Both the position numbers and the translations under genes were made by a program. From Moniliella sp. 'wahieum' (taxonomy: Eukaryota): a stretch of 64,000 nucleotides of DNA. The notes under the pieces were generated by a model. That model made no database searches and was not told the DNA's origin. It saw nothing but the letters and a program-made list of their open reading frames with translations. The stretch covers positions 1-64,000 of the forward strand of contig RSEE01000029.1 in NCBI GenBank assembly GCA_003971905.1, written 5' to 3'. Positions 12,801 to 24,452 of the stretch are shown piece by piece. Each line of letters begins with the position of its first letter. The first letter of the stretch is position 1.

Positions 12801-13959
12801 GTCCTTCAGAGACAAGACGCGCGACACCTATTCTACGTCGTATTTGCCATCCGCTCGCCGCCGTCCCTCCGGCACACGCGTTGTGTAAGGAGATGAACAC
12901 CTTGTTCGACACGGAGGCCAAAGCAAAGCACCAACGTACAATCCTTGTGCAACGGGTGCTAGCGCTGTTCCCTTGATCTTCCCAGCGGGGGACTACGCCC
13001 GCAGTGTGGTTACACTTCCGCTGTGCGAGCTAAGGTATAAGGATAACCTCATCCAAACGCACTACCCCGGTAAGGCATGGATCAAGGGGCTTTTACTTGA
13101 ATCCCCTCCGGATCATGTTGCAAACCCACAGCCTAGGAGCCGGACTTGGCATTCGCGGCTTGGCTGCCCAAGAATGCAAGACGAGCCAGACGTGTATTCG
13201 CAGAACGTTCTGGATTGCGTGCTTTAATTTGGTCGATGTGTCCAAGGCACTTTTGTTGTACTACCATGGCAGTGAGACCAGTCAAATTGGTGTGGTGGCC
13301 TCGTTTTGCTCTGTCATGTGGGGTAAGAGGTGGCTCGAGCCATCAACCTCGCCATCAGGACGCCTGTAAGAACGTGTCGGTACCCGAAAATGATGAGGTC
13401 CGTTCCAGACCCCCATTCCCGTCACGCCGCCGACTGCCAAAGCTGGGCCGACAGTAGCCAACTCGTGTCCCAAGACCTGGTGGGCTGGATGAAGCCTTGT
13501 GCCTGTCGTCCTTGCTTGAGGGGCATGTTTGTGTGATGCTCGGCTCTGACTCGCGACGTGAGGGACCGTACTCCCGGGTTCCCTGGGTTTTCTTCGTACG
13601 TTCATCCCCCAAACAGCCGGTCGGCATGGAATGCATGAGAACCACACCCTACCCGACTGTTCCTCTGGTCTAGGCCCAAGAGCGAGGGAAAAGAGGCAAT
13701 GGTGCGTGGTGGGATGTGGATCCCGTCTCTGGGCGGGATGTGGGTCGGGTGCGGGGGGGGAGGGGGCAGCTGGTGGGGGCAGCAGACGCAGTCCGAGCGG
13801 TGCTTACCGAACCCGTTCGTCTGGGCGATACAGGCGGGGTCACCGGTCACCGATCACCGGTCACCAGAGCAGGATTGAATATTGATTGCACGATTGAAAC
13901 TTGAAACGATCCTGTGGCGGGTGAACCCACAAGCCGCTGGCGCCTCCAGACACGGCCAA

Positions 13960-14810
13960 GTTGAACTGATCCCTTCTCCTTCTCTTTCCACCACCACTTC
14001 TCCTCCGCCTTGCCCGCCGCCTGGAAGTCGTGGCAAATCATGTGGCCCCTGCGCACCTGCCGTGATGCGCGTGACCGAGGCCGGTGGGAACGAACGTAGC
14101 ACCAACAGCTCAGGCGCGCACGCGCTACGCCATCCAGTCGGTGTCGGCGGTCTCAGCCCAATCTGGCGGCGGCCGAATTCAGATCCATTCAAGTGGTGGA
14201 GTGCACTGTGCCCTCGCCGCCGGGCAGTGCGATGGTGCCGCGTCGATTCAAACACGCCGCGGGTCGCTTAGGAATTGCCTATCTAGATCATCTCGTCGAT
14301 CAAGATGTGTTTAACCTGTTTGTTTTTCCCGAAGGGGGCTTGCAGGAAGGCTCCTCGGTCGATGTTTGCGCCTCCCCCAGGGTGAATCCGGAGGTGACCT
14401 GACCTCCAGCTATGCGGAAGGACTCTGCAGATCGTGAGCATTCCGATTGTTTCGCCCGTGCGCATCCAGGTCAAAGCAGCCATGCTAGAGCGGGCGGTTC
14501 GTACGCTGCGTCCCCAGGACGCGACGGTGGGGTTGCGGCCCAGGCGGCTTTGTACCTCCTTGCACGGGTTGCCGCTGCAGGACCGCCTGCTTTGTTGCGG
14601 GTCGCTCTGCAGCCAAACTTCGGCATCCGCTTCGTTCAATGAGGACGGAGGATCTGGCGGACCAGCTCCACCAGATCGACGAGCAGCTCTAGCGCGAGGT
14701 GAAGGCAATCGGGGGAGCGGACCCGAGCGATAAGGACGGTCAGAAGTGGGACAGAACTCTTTTCTCCTTGCCAGCTCGAATGGGCGGCTTAACCTTTCGG
14801 GTGCCAACAG
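13960..14810 (+). mobile_element. Second, more deleted copy of the CRE-clade retrotransposon relic
   Basis: It aligns to 8590-9150 and 9540-9830 (FKHAAGRLGIAYLDH; LHGLPLQDRLL; LFSLPARMGGL at ~14760-14790) and lacks the YLDD segment. Confidence 0.75.
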
Positions 14811-17490
14811 TGGTGGCATCCCGGTTAGTTCTATCAGCCGCTACTGGTAAGGCGGGGGGGCATATGGTGCCTTCCATTGCAGTGGAACTGCTCGTACCCT
14901 GATGAGACTGGGCTCATATCGCCCCTGTCCCACGTGGTGGTGGTGCGGCCAAGACAGGATTGACGCTGCCATCAAGGCACACCGTTACGCGGTGTTGCAC
15001 CTCGTCGCTCCGTTACTGATGCATGTCTCCATCCGGCGCAATGTACCCAGTATTTATTCATCATGTACGAAACCACCCAAGCCTTGCTGTACTGTAATGT
15101 GCTGACCAGTGCGCTAAACAGGTGCGGATACCTGCCGCCCACGTGGAACGGGGCCGTTCCCAATGAACACAATGGACATCCTTTGCAAGAGAACTTAGGG
15201 CCATCCATAAAAACGTGGATCAAGCCATTGCCAGCTTAGACCGCGTCGCCGAGTCGATGAAGAAGGAGACGCGCATCCGCAGATCGCCTCGCTCACACCC
15301 GGGAAATGTGGAGCGGCATGGTGGTTTGCGACCATCCGGATGAAAAGAAGTGCTGTTTCTGTTCGCCTCTCATGATGTCCTTGGTCGCGGCGCTCACCCC
15401 TCTCGAGGATGACCCATCCAGAATGGGCCGAGGCCGAGCGCGCCAACATTGTTCGCGTGGATGTCGATGCTTGTGCGTGGTCCATATTCCTCTGTTGTGG
15501 CCCAAGTTGCTGACATTTCTCATTGGTCAGGCGCAAGTAGTACGGAGGCAATCGGGTCGCACGCATCATGCAGCCCTTCAACTCATCACGACAACACCCC
15601 CAGTCGGTCGTTCAAAGCGCGAATCGAGGGTATGACGATACGGCACTTCCCTGTTTGGCCATCGGCACTGCACTGCTGCACCACTAGCGAAGGCAAGACA
15701 TGCTTCACATCCCCGCATGCTGTGCCTTCATGGAATGCCCCCAAGTTCCTGCTGAGGAGCAAGTGCTGTTTGATACTGTTCTATTGTGCAGGGCCATTCC
15801 GGACGCAGAAAGGAAAAGGGTGTGGGGCGAGCGGCCGCAGTGGGCTGCCTTCCGCACAGGCACTACGAAAGAAGATGGGGTTCGGCGGCGACAGGTTTTT
15901 CCTGCGGCCAGAGAACGCATTTGCTGACCGAGCAGGCCGGCCCAGCCGCAGTTCCCTGGGTTCACCCGTGGCCGGTCGTGGCCATACAGGGGGTGAAGGG
16001 GGGCGCATCTCGAACCCTTGAAGAGGATGCAGATGGTGTTAGTAGCGTTAATGAACCTCGCTCTCGATTGAAGATTGATGGTTGACGTGAGCGCTTAGCT
16101 CGCCACGCTTGCCAGTCAGCTGGGCTGTCGACCACCCCGAACTCGAGCTGTGTCGGAGCGAAAACTCAGCGTCGTTGCCACAGCCTCATCATTCACCTAT
16201 CCTCGTTCCCCCTTCCCCACCCTCGCCCCCCAGTGGCGTTGGGCCGCATGCCCCACCGGAGAGGTCCTGATATGGTTCTTGCGTCATGCCCTTGTGCATG
16301 CAAAGATAGCGGTTGTCATCGCGACAGCCGTCGTTGGAGCGGCGGTCCAGTTAGTCGCTCGAATTGTCTCGTTCTGCTTGTCCGGCAAGAAACTGTGCCC
16401 CCCCGAGCGCGTGTGTGCCGCGAGTCATATACGAAGAGATGCAAGCCGGTAGGTCTACCAGCCGTCAATTTGGTCTAGCTCACTGATGGCCTCCTTGCCA
16501 TTTTTTGACCCGAGTGGATCTACGCTGTCTTCCCGTGCTTGCTTGTGCGTTACGTACGAGTCAAAGGCTCAATATCTTGGGGAACTCGTTACTGGGGCCG
16601 CATCCCGGGAAACGCTGGCATGTCCATTCATCCCTTGCGGCTGCGGGGCCCATATGGCAGCGATCTCGCCACTCGAGCGTCTCCGAACCCAACCTCCACT
16701 GAATAAATCATTCGCCGCCAAAAGGTCCTAGGGAACTCCGTGATGGGGGACTGGATATGCGACCCTTCCACAGCGCGGTGGATGCGTCGACCCGTGTTGG
16801 CAGTGCGTTCCTCCCCTATGCCCGGAGCAAGAGACGAAACGCATCGGTCCCATATCCGATGCTCGGGTTGGATTTTTGCATACGCGTTGGCGTCCACTGA
16901 GAACGCTGTTTACGAGCTGCGGAAGAGGGTAGCACAGGTACCAACACCGACGGTACTCCTGGGGTGGTTGACGAATATGAAGGCTAGCAAAGCTCCATCC
17001 GCTTGAGAGCCAGACTCCTCACCCCTTCGGCCAAAGAGCGTCGACGGTAGCAATAGCTAACAATAACCGCATCGCATCGTGCGATCATTCCAAAGCCGAA
17101 AACCGTCATTTGCAGCCCGACTGAATATCGACGTCGTGCTTCCCGCTATTGTATTGGTCGCACATGTACGATGATCTCCCAACGTTTCTTCTGGTATGAT
17201 GTACTGACTTACAAGCATGGACTACTGGTGTGCAGACGGAACTAAGCGATAACTAAGAATATCTGAGCGCTGGGGCAAGGACGTGGATCACACCAGTACC
17301 CGCTTTTCGTTTATGGGGAGATGTACTATGGTTCGATATCGCTTTGCACTTGGGCCATCCCCCAGTATGATGACGCTGTGGAAGCTGCCAAGACATATAC
17401 TTCCAGGTTTTGCCTCGTCTTGGGGCCCATATCCTACTGCCGCATAGTAGAGCACACTGTTCAATTCCCTTCTTCTCCCAGATGGGAATC

Positions 17491-17714
17491 TAACAGGAGA
17501 TATGGAGATGGAGGAAAGGACAAGGATCATATTCATCGAACGGAAAGGAACTTAAGCGAGGTATATATGCCTCGGAGAAGAAGAGCACATGCGAGCTAAA
17601 TCACATGAGGGAAAGAGGGAGCACAATCCAAAGGAGGAAAACAGGGTCTAAAATAAATCAAGGGGTCCAGACATTGGTGACAAAGAACGTGATCAAGTGA
17701 GTCTGATCCCGACA
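17491..17714. mobile_element. Probable solo LTR (224 bp) with a 5-bp target-site duplication
   Basis: Other copies of the duplicated module read ATGGGAATCAAGTCCAAGG uninterrupted (~7110, ~11851). Here it is split as GAATC[TAACAGGA...TCCCGACA]GAATCAAGTCC. The insert ends in CA, has imperfect terminal inverted repeats and contains an internal AATAAA. Confidence 0.7.
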
Positions 17715-18159
17715 GAATCAAGTCCAAGGAAGAGTGGTGCAGATTGTGCGTCGGCTGGACATTTCGTTACAGAAGGATGATCTTTGCGCGTCTGACAGCC
17801 AACCCTCCCGAACCGTTCGACAAATTGGCAAAGAAAAAAGAGTGGAAATGAAAGTGAATTCGCCGATTGATCCCCTCTCACTCTTCCCCCTGCCTACCTC
17901 TCGTTAGGGAACCCCCCTTAACGGTTTCGACTTTGTGGATATACTGACCCTCTTCCGACTTGTGCGTGTATAAAACCCTGCAGATGCTGACTTAGTTGTG
18001 AATATACTGTTAAGCCAGGTCATCTGAGCAGTGTCTTCCGGCCACGCACCGGAGTATAGTGTTCGATTCCCCCTATAGCCCCCGCATGGGACTGCTCTCA
18101 CTATCCCCTCACAGACCAATATAGGCCCTCATATCCCCTCCTCTACCACTAATACCACC

Positions 18160-18310
18160 ATCCGCCGCCATACTAGCACAGTATAAACGCGCCGTATCCC
18201 GTCCGATCTGCGATGAAGGTCACCATAGCAACACCCACTGTCAGTAATCTATACCGCGATGGAAGATGATCCCACTGCATGTGGGAATCCTCTCGGTGCC
18301 GCTATTGTTT
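18160..18310 (+). rRNA. 5S rRNA-like sequence, degenerate (pseudogene or poor consensus)
   Basis: ATCCGC.GCCATA...GCGCCGTATCCCGTCCGATCTGCGA...GGGAATCCT...GGTGCCGC...T-rich end matches basidiomycete 5S blocks. It is ~30 nt too long because of scattered small insertions. Confidence 0.75.
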
Positions 18311-20999
18311 CTGTACCCTCTCACTCTCCAGCAGCATCCCCTTGCCTCTCATTTTAACCACACCCAGTTCCAGAGCTCGCTTTCGTTCTAAGAGACGCCC
18401 TCCCCGCCGCCCACCAGAAGCAGCCACACCCCACGGCGTAATAGTACCTGTACGAAAGGCCTCGAGACTTGAGGATGAAGTGTTTAAGGCGTGCACAAAT
18501 CAGGGACCAGTCAACCTGGTGACTATATGGGCGATTAGATTGGTCTAAGTATTAATGCCGACAGAAAGAGAGTTTTGACTACTGCGTGGGCTTCACAACC
18601 TATTTTGCAGCTAACTGGGGAGATGGAGGTGGTGAAGTCATACCATTCACTGTATAGCTCCCACAAGAGCTACACTCCCACTCATCACAAGACAACCGGA
18701 GAAGAAGAATAAAACAACAACACTGCTGCTACAGTACCCTGGCCCCACGTCCCAGTGTAGCACTCAATTCATCCGCACATCATTTAGCAACTAGCCTCTC
18801 TTCAACGCTGCATAGCACCATCCACATGGCCGTAGTGATTAGAAGAGAGCATTTGCAGGGAGGAGAAAGACTGAGACTTACCTACCATCTGCGTCGGTAA
18901 GACCGTTTGCGCGGTACATGTCGACGACCAACTCTCGATTACCTTGTTCCATCCGTCGTCAGGTTCCCAACACGCTCGTCCAGTTTCGCCCTTTCGTACG
19001 TAAGGCAGGTCGCTGTTGTTCCTTCTCTCGGTTCGAGTCCATGTCCCAATCGCTGCTTCGCGTCCTCTGTGGTGGATTGATTGTGTCACGGACGGGCGCT
19101 ACTACCAAAGGCCCGCCCGGGGGGGGGGGGGGGTTTAAAGGGTACAATCTCTTGGAAATCCTAAAGTCGACTCACGGCTCACGATAGTTACGCGCTCGGG
19201 CTGATTGATGGGTCTGAGTGAAGCTAGGGACAAGGAGAGGCATCTCGGCGTATCCCGCGGCAGCTGCAGGTGTGGCAAAGCTGCGTTGTAGCACCGGCTT
19301 GGGCGGCTGTAGCGTGTCAGGACTCACGGCTGGACTGGAGCTGGAGGACTGATGGGGGCGGCGTGGCCGTAAGTGTGATCATACGCTGCTGAACTGATCT
19401 GGACTACTGGAGAACAGAGAGCTGAATACGGGAGATAGAGGAGCAACTAAGCGGAGGAGTTGTCTGTACTGGTGGATCAATTGGCCAAGAGAGTAGTAGC
19501 GGGAGACGCCGGTGGACCGTGGGGGAAACCCACAAACCATTGCTAGCAGACAGGGACTAAACCGGAAACAAAACGGGGTACAGGGGGAAACAGGGACAGC
19601 GGTTGCCATACGGGCAACCGAAAAAGGCAAGGTAAACAGGGACGGGGCGACCATCATCGCAAACGAAAACACTAACAAAAAGTGATGTACTAGGTGGTGC
19701 GGATGGTCGAAGAGGACGAGGCGGGCGGGTGATCGTCGGTGGTTGCAGGGGTGGCGCGACGGATGGCGGAGACGTGCGGGAGGACGAGGGCGAGGAAGGA
19801 GCAGTCGTGGGCGTGACGAGTCAACGCGTTCTGGATGGCCGAGGCGATGTGGGCGTGGGACGGAGGTTAGATGTTATGCGCACGGGCCGGTACCGGGCTG
19901 CGTGGCGTGGCGCTGTAGCGGGGCCGGTGATGGTGCCTTGCGCGTTGTGCGTCGCCTGGTGCGCTCCAACCCGTCCTCCGACGTGTCTCCTCCACCGTGT
20001 CCACCTCCAGCACGGCGAACGTCGCCGACGCCGCGTTCCCTTCCAGCTTCAGCCATAACCTCATTTTTCTTCCCAAGACGGTCAATTCGGACGCGTTCCT
20101 TGAGGAGAGGATGGGGGGGGTTAGAGGGAATCTACAATATCTATCCGACGTATATCATTCTTGGTATTGGGGTACTATAAGGGTCGTTGGTCGGCCTTCG
20201 CCGTGAGGGCGCGGGGAGGGGAAGGAGGTGGTCGGTACGTTTGTGGTTGGGTTGGGTTGGCTTTTTTAGCGCGTGGCGAGTACTGCTAGGCGCGGATGCA
20301 ATGGGGTTTGCCAACAAGAACGGAGGAGAGAATCTTGCGACCGAGGCAGAGCAACTGATATGATGTCCTACTCAGTATAGCATGCCTAATGGTTCGTATC
20401 TCCCCCTCTGGGTCTCACCACGCGCCGTACTTAACCGACAAACGAACGAAGGAAGAAAGAAGCGACCTGCGACCTGAGGTCGGACAGCAGGACGGATGGG
20501 ATTGAATTGAATTGAATATAGTGACCATCGAACGTTCTGAGTGAGAGATCGTAGACAGCATATAAGCGCAACGAGAGAGAGCAGAGAAAGTACAGAGTAG
20601 GGTGGGTGCGCCCCCCATGCAGCGCCCCACCGAGGCCAGGGGTAGGACGTATGGACGTGGTATGTACGGTTGGGGTAAGAGTCAGTCAGAGAGGGAAGGC
20701 CGGTGAGATGGGGACATGGTGGCATGGGGACATGGGGACATGGCAGGGGGTGCGACACTACAAGTGGTCAGTAATAAGAGTAGGACGAGCAAGAAAAAGG
20801 GTCAAAAGCAGATGAGCGCAAAAGGGGGCCAGGAGCGGCCGAGGAAATACGTATCTGCCGCGCGCACGGGGGGGAAGCGGTAAGCGGTAAGGGGCAGCTG
20901 ACGCCAAGAAACAAGCACGAATAAGAAAGAGGTGAAAACACGGAGGAATCACTGGCATGGCTGCGGCAGCGGCGAAATCTAAAGCGCGAGGGGGGGGAC

Positions 21000-21728
21000 T
21001 TAGCTGGACGTACGCCGCGCTCCGGCCGAGGTCGAGGTAGGGCAAGGGTATACGGGGCACACCCGTTCACCACGTTCCCCACGTTCCCGTTCAGCGCGTT
21101 CCCGCTCTCGTTCGCGCGGGAGGCGGAGCGCGGTGTTGATGCCCGCATGGAGCTCGGCGAGCCAGCAGGCCTGGTCGCTCGTGGGCCCGGGACCATTGAG
21201 GATGAACTGGAGCGGGACGGGGAGGCAGGACGCAATGTGGGCCTTGATGGTGGGTGCTAGGGCAGGGAAGCGGTTTAGATCGGATTCGGCGAGGTGGGAA
21301 AGGTGGCGCAGGTGTGGCGAGGTATCGCTGGCCGGTGAGGATGGACGCTTGAGCCGTGCTAGGTGCAGGTCAGGCTGAGCGACAGCAAGCAGGTTGGTTT
21401 GAGTTGGGTCCAGCACCAGGGGAGCGAGGGGGGGAGCGCAGCGGGAGGCGGCGAGGCGAAGCATCGACGCTGGGCCTCGGTGGCGAGCGCACCACGGAGG
21501 CCCGTGGAAGCGATCCGGGCGCTGCCCAGCGATCCGGCGTCGACGCCGTGCACAGAGAGCGTGAGCTCCACCTGGGCCACCCAGGTGGGCAGCGTCAGGG
21601 GGTCCTCGTCCCACGGGACCACGGTCAGGGCGCTGACCAGGGCAGGGGCGGGCTCGACGGCGAGGGGCCGAGGGGCAGGGGTGAGGGTGGGGGTGGTGGG
21701 GGTGGTGGGCGAGGGGGGGCGGCGACAT
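21000..21728 (-). CDS. Stand-alone retrotransposon Gag (capsid)-like protein, ~240 aa, two apparent 1-nt frameshifts
   Basis: Joined frames read MSPPPSPTTPT...PWDEDPLTLPTWVAQVELTLSVHGV.....ARIASTGLRGALATEA...WCWTQLKTNLLAVAQPDLHLARL...IKAHIASCLPVPLQFILNGPGPT. This resembles the Gag capsid N- and C-terminal domain pattern. Recognised by pattern only. Confidence 0.55.
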   Translation of the reverse strand: MSPPPLAHHPHHPHPHPCPSAPRRRARPCPGQRPDRGPVGRGPPDAAHLGGPGGAHALCARRRRRIAGQRPDRFHGPPWCARHRGPASMLRLAASRCAPPLAPLVLDPTQTNLLAVAQPDLHLARLKRPSSPASDTSPHLRHLSHLAESDLNRFPALAPTIKAHIASCLPVPLQFILNGPGPTSDQACWLAELHAGINTALRLPRERERERAERERGERGERVCPVYPCPTSTSAGARRTSS

Positions 21729-24452
21729 GGCGGCAAGGCAGAGGCGGGTGGAGTGGGAGGAGAGGAGGGGCGGGCGGCGCCACCGAGTGGGTGGGCACCC
21801 ACCGAGTAGACACGCGACAAGCGATTGATTGCCTGATTGAGCCGTTGCTGTCCGATCAGATGGACGGGCGAGTTGAAATGTGAAACGAGCAGCGCGGCCT
21901 GTGGGCACGTGAAAAGTGAAAGCATAGCCGCCGTGGGACTTGCACAACGGCAGGCGAGATACGCCGTGTGCTGATCCGGACAGGCGCCTCGTGCCGCCTG
22001 GCGTCTGCTTGGGGCCTCGCCGCCTCCCCGGCCCCGTGCAGACCCACCAGCACGCCTCCTCTCGTCTCCTCCTCCACCACCTCCGCCCCCATGCCCCCGC
22101 CCACGCGCCCAGCCACAGCGCCGGCCCCCACGCCGCGCCCAGCACGCGCCGGTCGGGCCGACGCAAAGGCGGGAAACTGGGTGTGCTCGGCAAGTCGCCG
22201 TCGGTCGTGTCCCTGTCGTCGGGCACGACCATCTCGGCGTCCGGGTCGGTCTCTACGCTGTCCGCGCTGCCGCTCGCCATCCCCTCGCGCGCAGCGCCAG
22301 CGCCGGCCTTCTCCACGCCCCCCCTCCTCTCGCTCCGGACGAAGCCGACGCGTCGGGCGCGCTCTCCACCAAACATCCTGGTCCAGTCCGGGTCCTGCCA
22401 CCAGCCCAGCTGCCTCCTTTGGCACCACACACACCACACACACCACCCACTCCCCGCCCCAGCCACTCTCGCCCATCCGCCTCGTCCCTGCCCCGTGGCG
22501 CGCGGCGGTCGTTGGAACACGTGATGGCGAACCATGCTCTGGCGCGCACCGCACCGCCCCCCGCTCCGCTCCCAGCCCCCTTGACCCCACCCGCTTCGGA
22601 CCCACGCACCCACGCATCCCACGCCAACGGCCAAGGCAGATGCCCACCCCGTCGTGCAGGCCGAGGCTGTACCGTCGTTTGCGTACCCGGTTCGCACCTC
22701 GGTTCGCGCCCGGTGCGTCTCGGCGCCAGCGCAGCCAGTCGGACCAGCCCACCGCGCTGCCTACGCCAAGGGAGACAGGTCAGAAGAAGGAAGAGGGAAG
22801 AGAAGAAGAGGGGGGGTACCGCGTGCACCTGGCTGTGCAGGTAGGCTGGTCACTAAGTGTGCTGGCTGAGACGCGTGCGTGGCGCGTGCTGGACCATGTG
22901 GCCCAGCTGGCGTGCCAAGGGAGCAGGACAACGTATGGCGCGGCGCAGCGTACACGCGTGCTAGTGCACGAGGCGATGGTGAGGCTGGTCAGCCCGCGTT
23001 GTGGCCCCACACCTGGGTCAGGTACTGCTCGTGCCGCCGAAACTGGCAGGTGGCCTAGGTCGGATGGTGTGCTTGCGCTTACGCTTGCGCGTGCCGACCC
23101 TGAGCCTGAGCCGTACGAGGCGGGGGGAAGCAGAGGAGGAGGAACCGCATCGCATCAGTGCTTGGACGGGGTTGCGACGCCAAGGACGCGGAGCTCGTTC
23201 GGACACGTGCCGCCAGCGGGACAGATGGTGCTGGTGCAGACAGACACGGTGGTGCCGCTCAGTTGGGCGGAGGTGCGGCCAGTGGCCCTGGCTGTCCGGC
23301 GGCGCTGGGCGTGGGTGAGGCCTGAGGGCGGGGCACTGTACAGCCATCTATGATCGAATCGGCCAGCGGAGAGGTGCGGATGTGTTACTACAGTAGTGTC
23401 TGGTCCACGTAGGTCGCCAGGGCGAAGACACGGCGAGATACACGCTGTTTCGGGTGGCGAGGATGGATGTGGCGTGGCATGGACAGATCACATGTGACGG
23501 CGAATGTGATCCAGTCAGAGACGATCGGTTGGTGGTCGCCGGTCGATGGCTATTAGATCCTGGTAGTGACTCCGATGACGCGACGAGCTGACTTGCTATC
23601 GTCCAGTGGCTCCCAACAACAAAGCACTTAATGAATGTCGAGTCAGTACTAGTCAGTTGACGCCGCGGCGGAGCGGCAAGATCGATAATCGATGAGGGGT
23701 GCGGCGGTGGCGCTGCTCCTCGCCCAATCGAAGGCGTATGTATTGTGTTGGCAGGCCCTGGGCCCCACCGCGCCGCCGGCAGTCCGCGGCTACTGAAGGC
23801 TACAGGAACCACATTGGCACGCCAATTTGATGTGCCTCAGCTGGGCCCCCACACTTGCGCCGTGCGGCTCTTGCCCGCCTGCGTCGCTTCCCACACCCCA
23901 AACGCAGCCCGCTCGGCCAGCCACACCCGCCGCCGCGGCAGCCCAGCAGTGCTGGCTGCGCTCATCCGTCTCATCCGTCTCATCCACCTCTCGCCTCTCA
24001 GCCATCGAGAAGCCCGTGTGCAGTATGTTACGCCGTCCGCCGGGGGGCATACGGCGGCTGTAGGACGAAGGAGAGAGACCACTGTCACCGCGTCACGGGT
24101 CATGCTAGAAAAGAGGCCCAGAAAGAATATACTCACCCCGCCGACCCTCTGCCAGGCACCCTTTGTCCAGGCACCTATCTGTGTCTGTCTGATCTGCTGC
24201 CAGTGTCCCTCTCGACGCCATCTGCCATCCGGCACCCGCAAGGCCTGTGTCTTTTTCATCTCTCTCGCGCGCCTGCTCACAGCAGCCCATCCTGCACGCT
24301 CCAGCACACTACTAGGATAGCATAGCTCCGAAGGACTCGACAAGGAGAATCGAATCCCTCGCCCAAAAGTTGTTTGGACGACCGCCCCCATCCGTTTATC
24401 TTTTTGCCCACCACTCCTCTCCTCCTCCTCCTCCGCCTTCCTGCTCCCACCC

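Larger units (their letters stand above)
1730..17780. repeat. Degenerate subtelomeric segmental-duplication array (~4.7-5 kb period)
   Basis: Shared anchors: ACTGGTAAGG at 2709/9837/14843, GAAGAGGATG at 4115/6254/11003/16020, and CATGTACGA...TCTGGT(A/T)TGATGTACTGA at ~6820/11560/17165. Block homologies: 1730-1985 ~ 5595-5830; 3720-4800 ~ 15630-16700; 6030-8550 ~ 10750-13250. Confidence 0.9.

Noticed and set aside
18330..20200. Possible pol or other gene downstream of the Gag-like ORF
   Set aside because: No protease, RT, RNase H or integrase motifs were found, and the sequence looks noisy and uninterpretable.
21968..23353. 461-aa + ORF and overlapping minus ORFs
   Set aside because: High-GC sequence is open in several frames with no recognisable domain. 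A gene may be present, but strand and frame cannot be determined.
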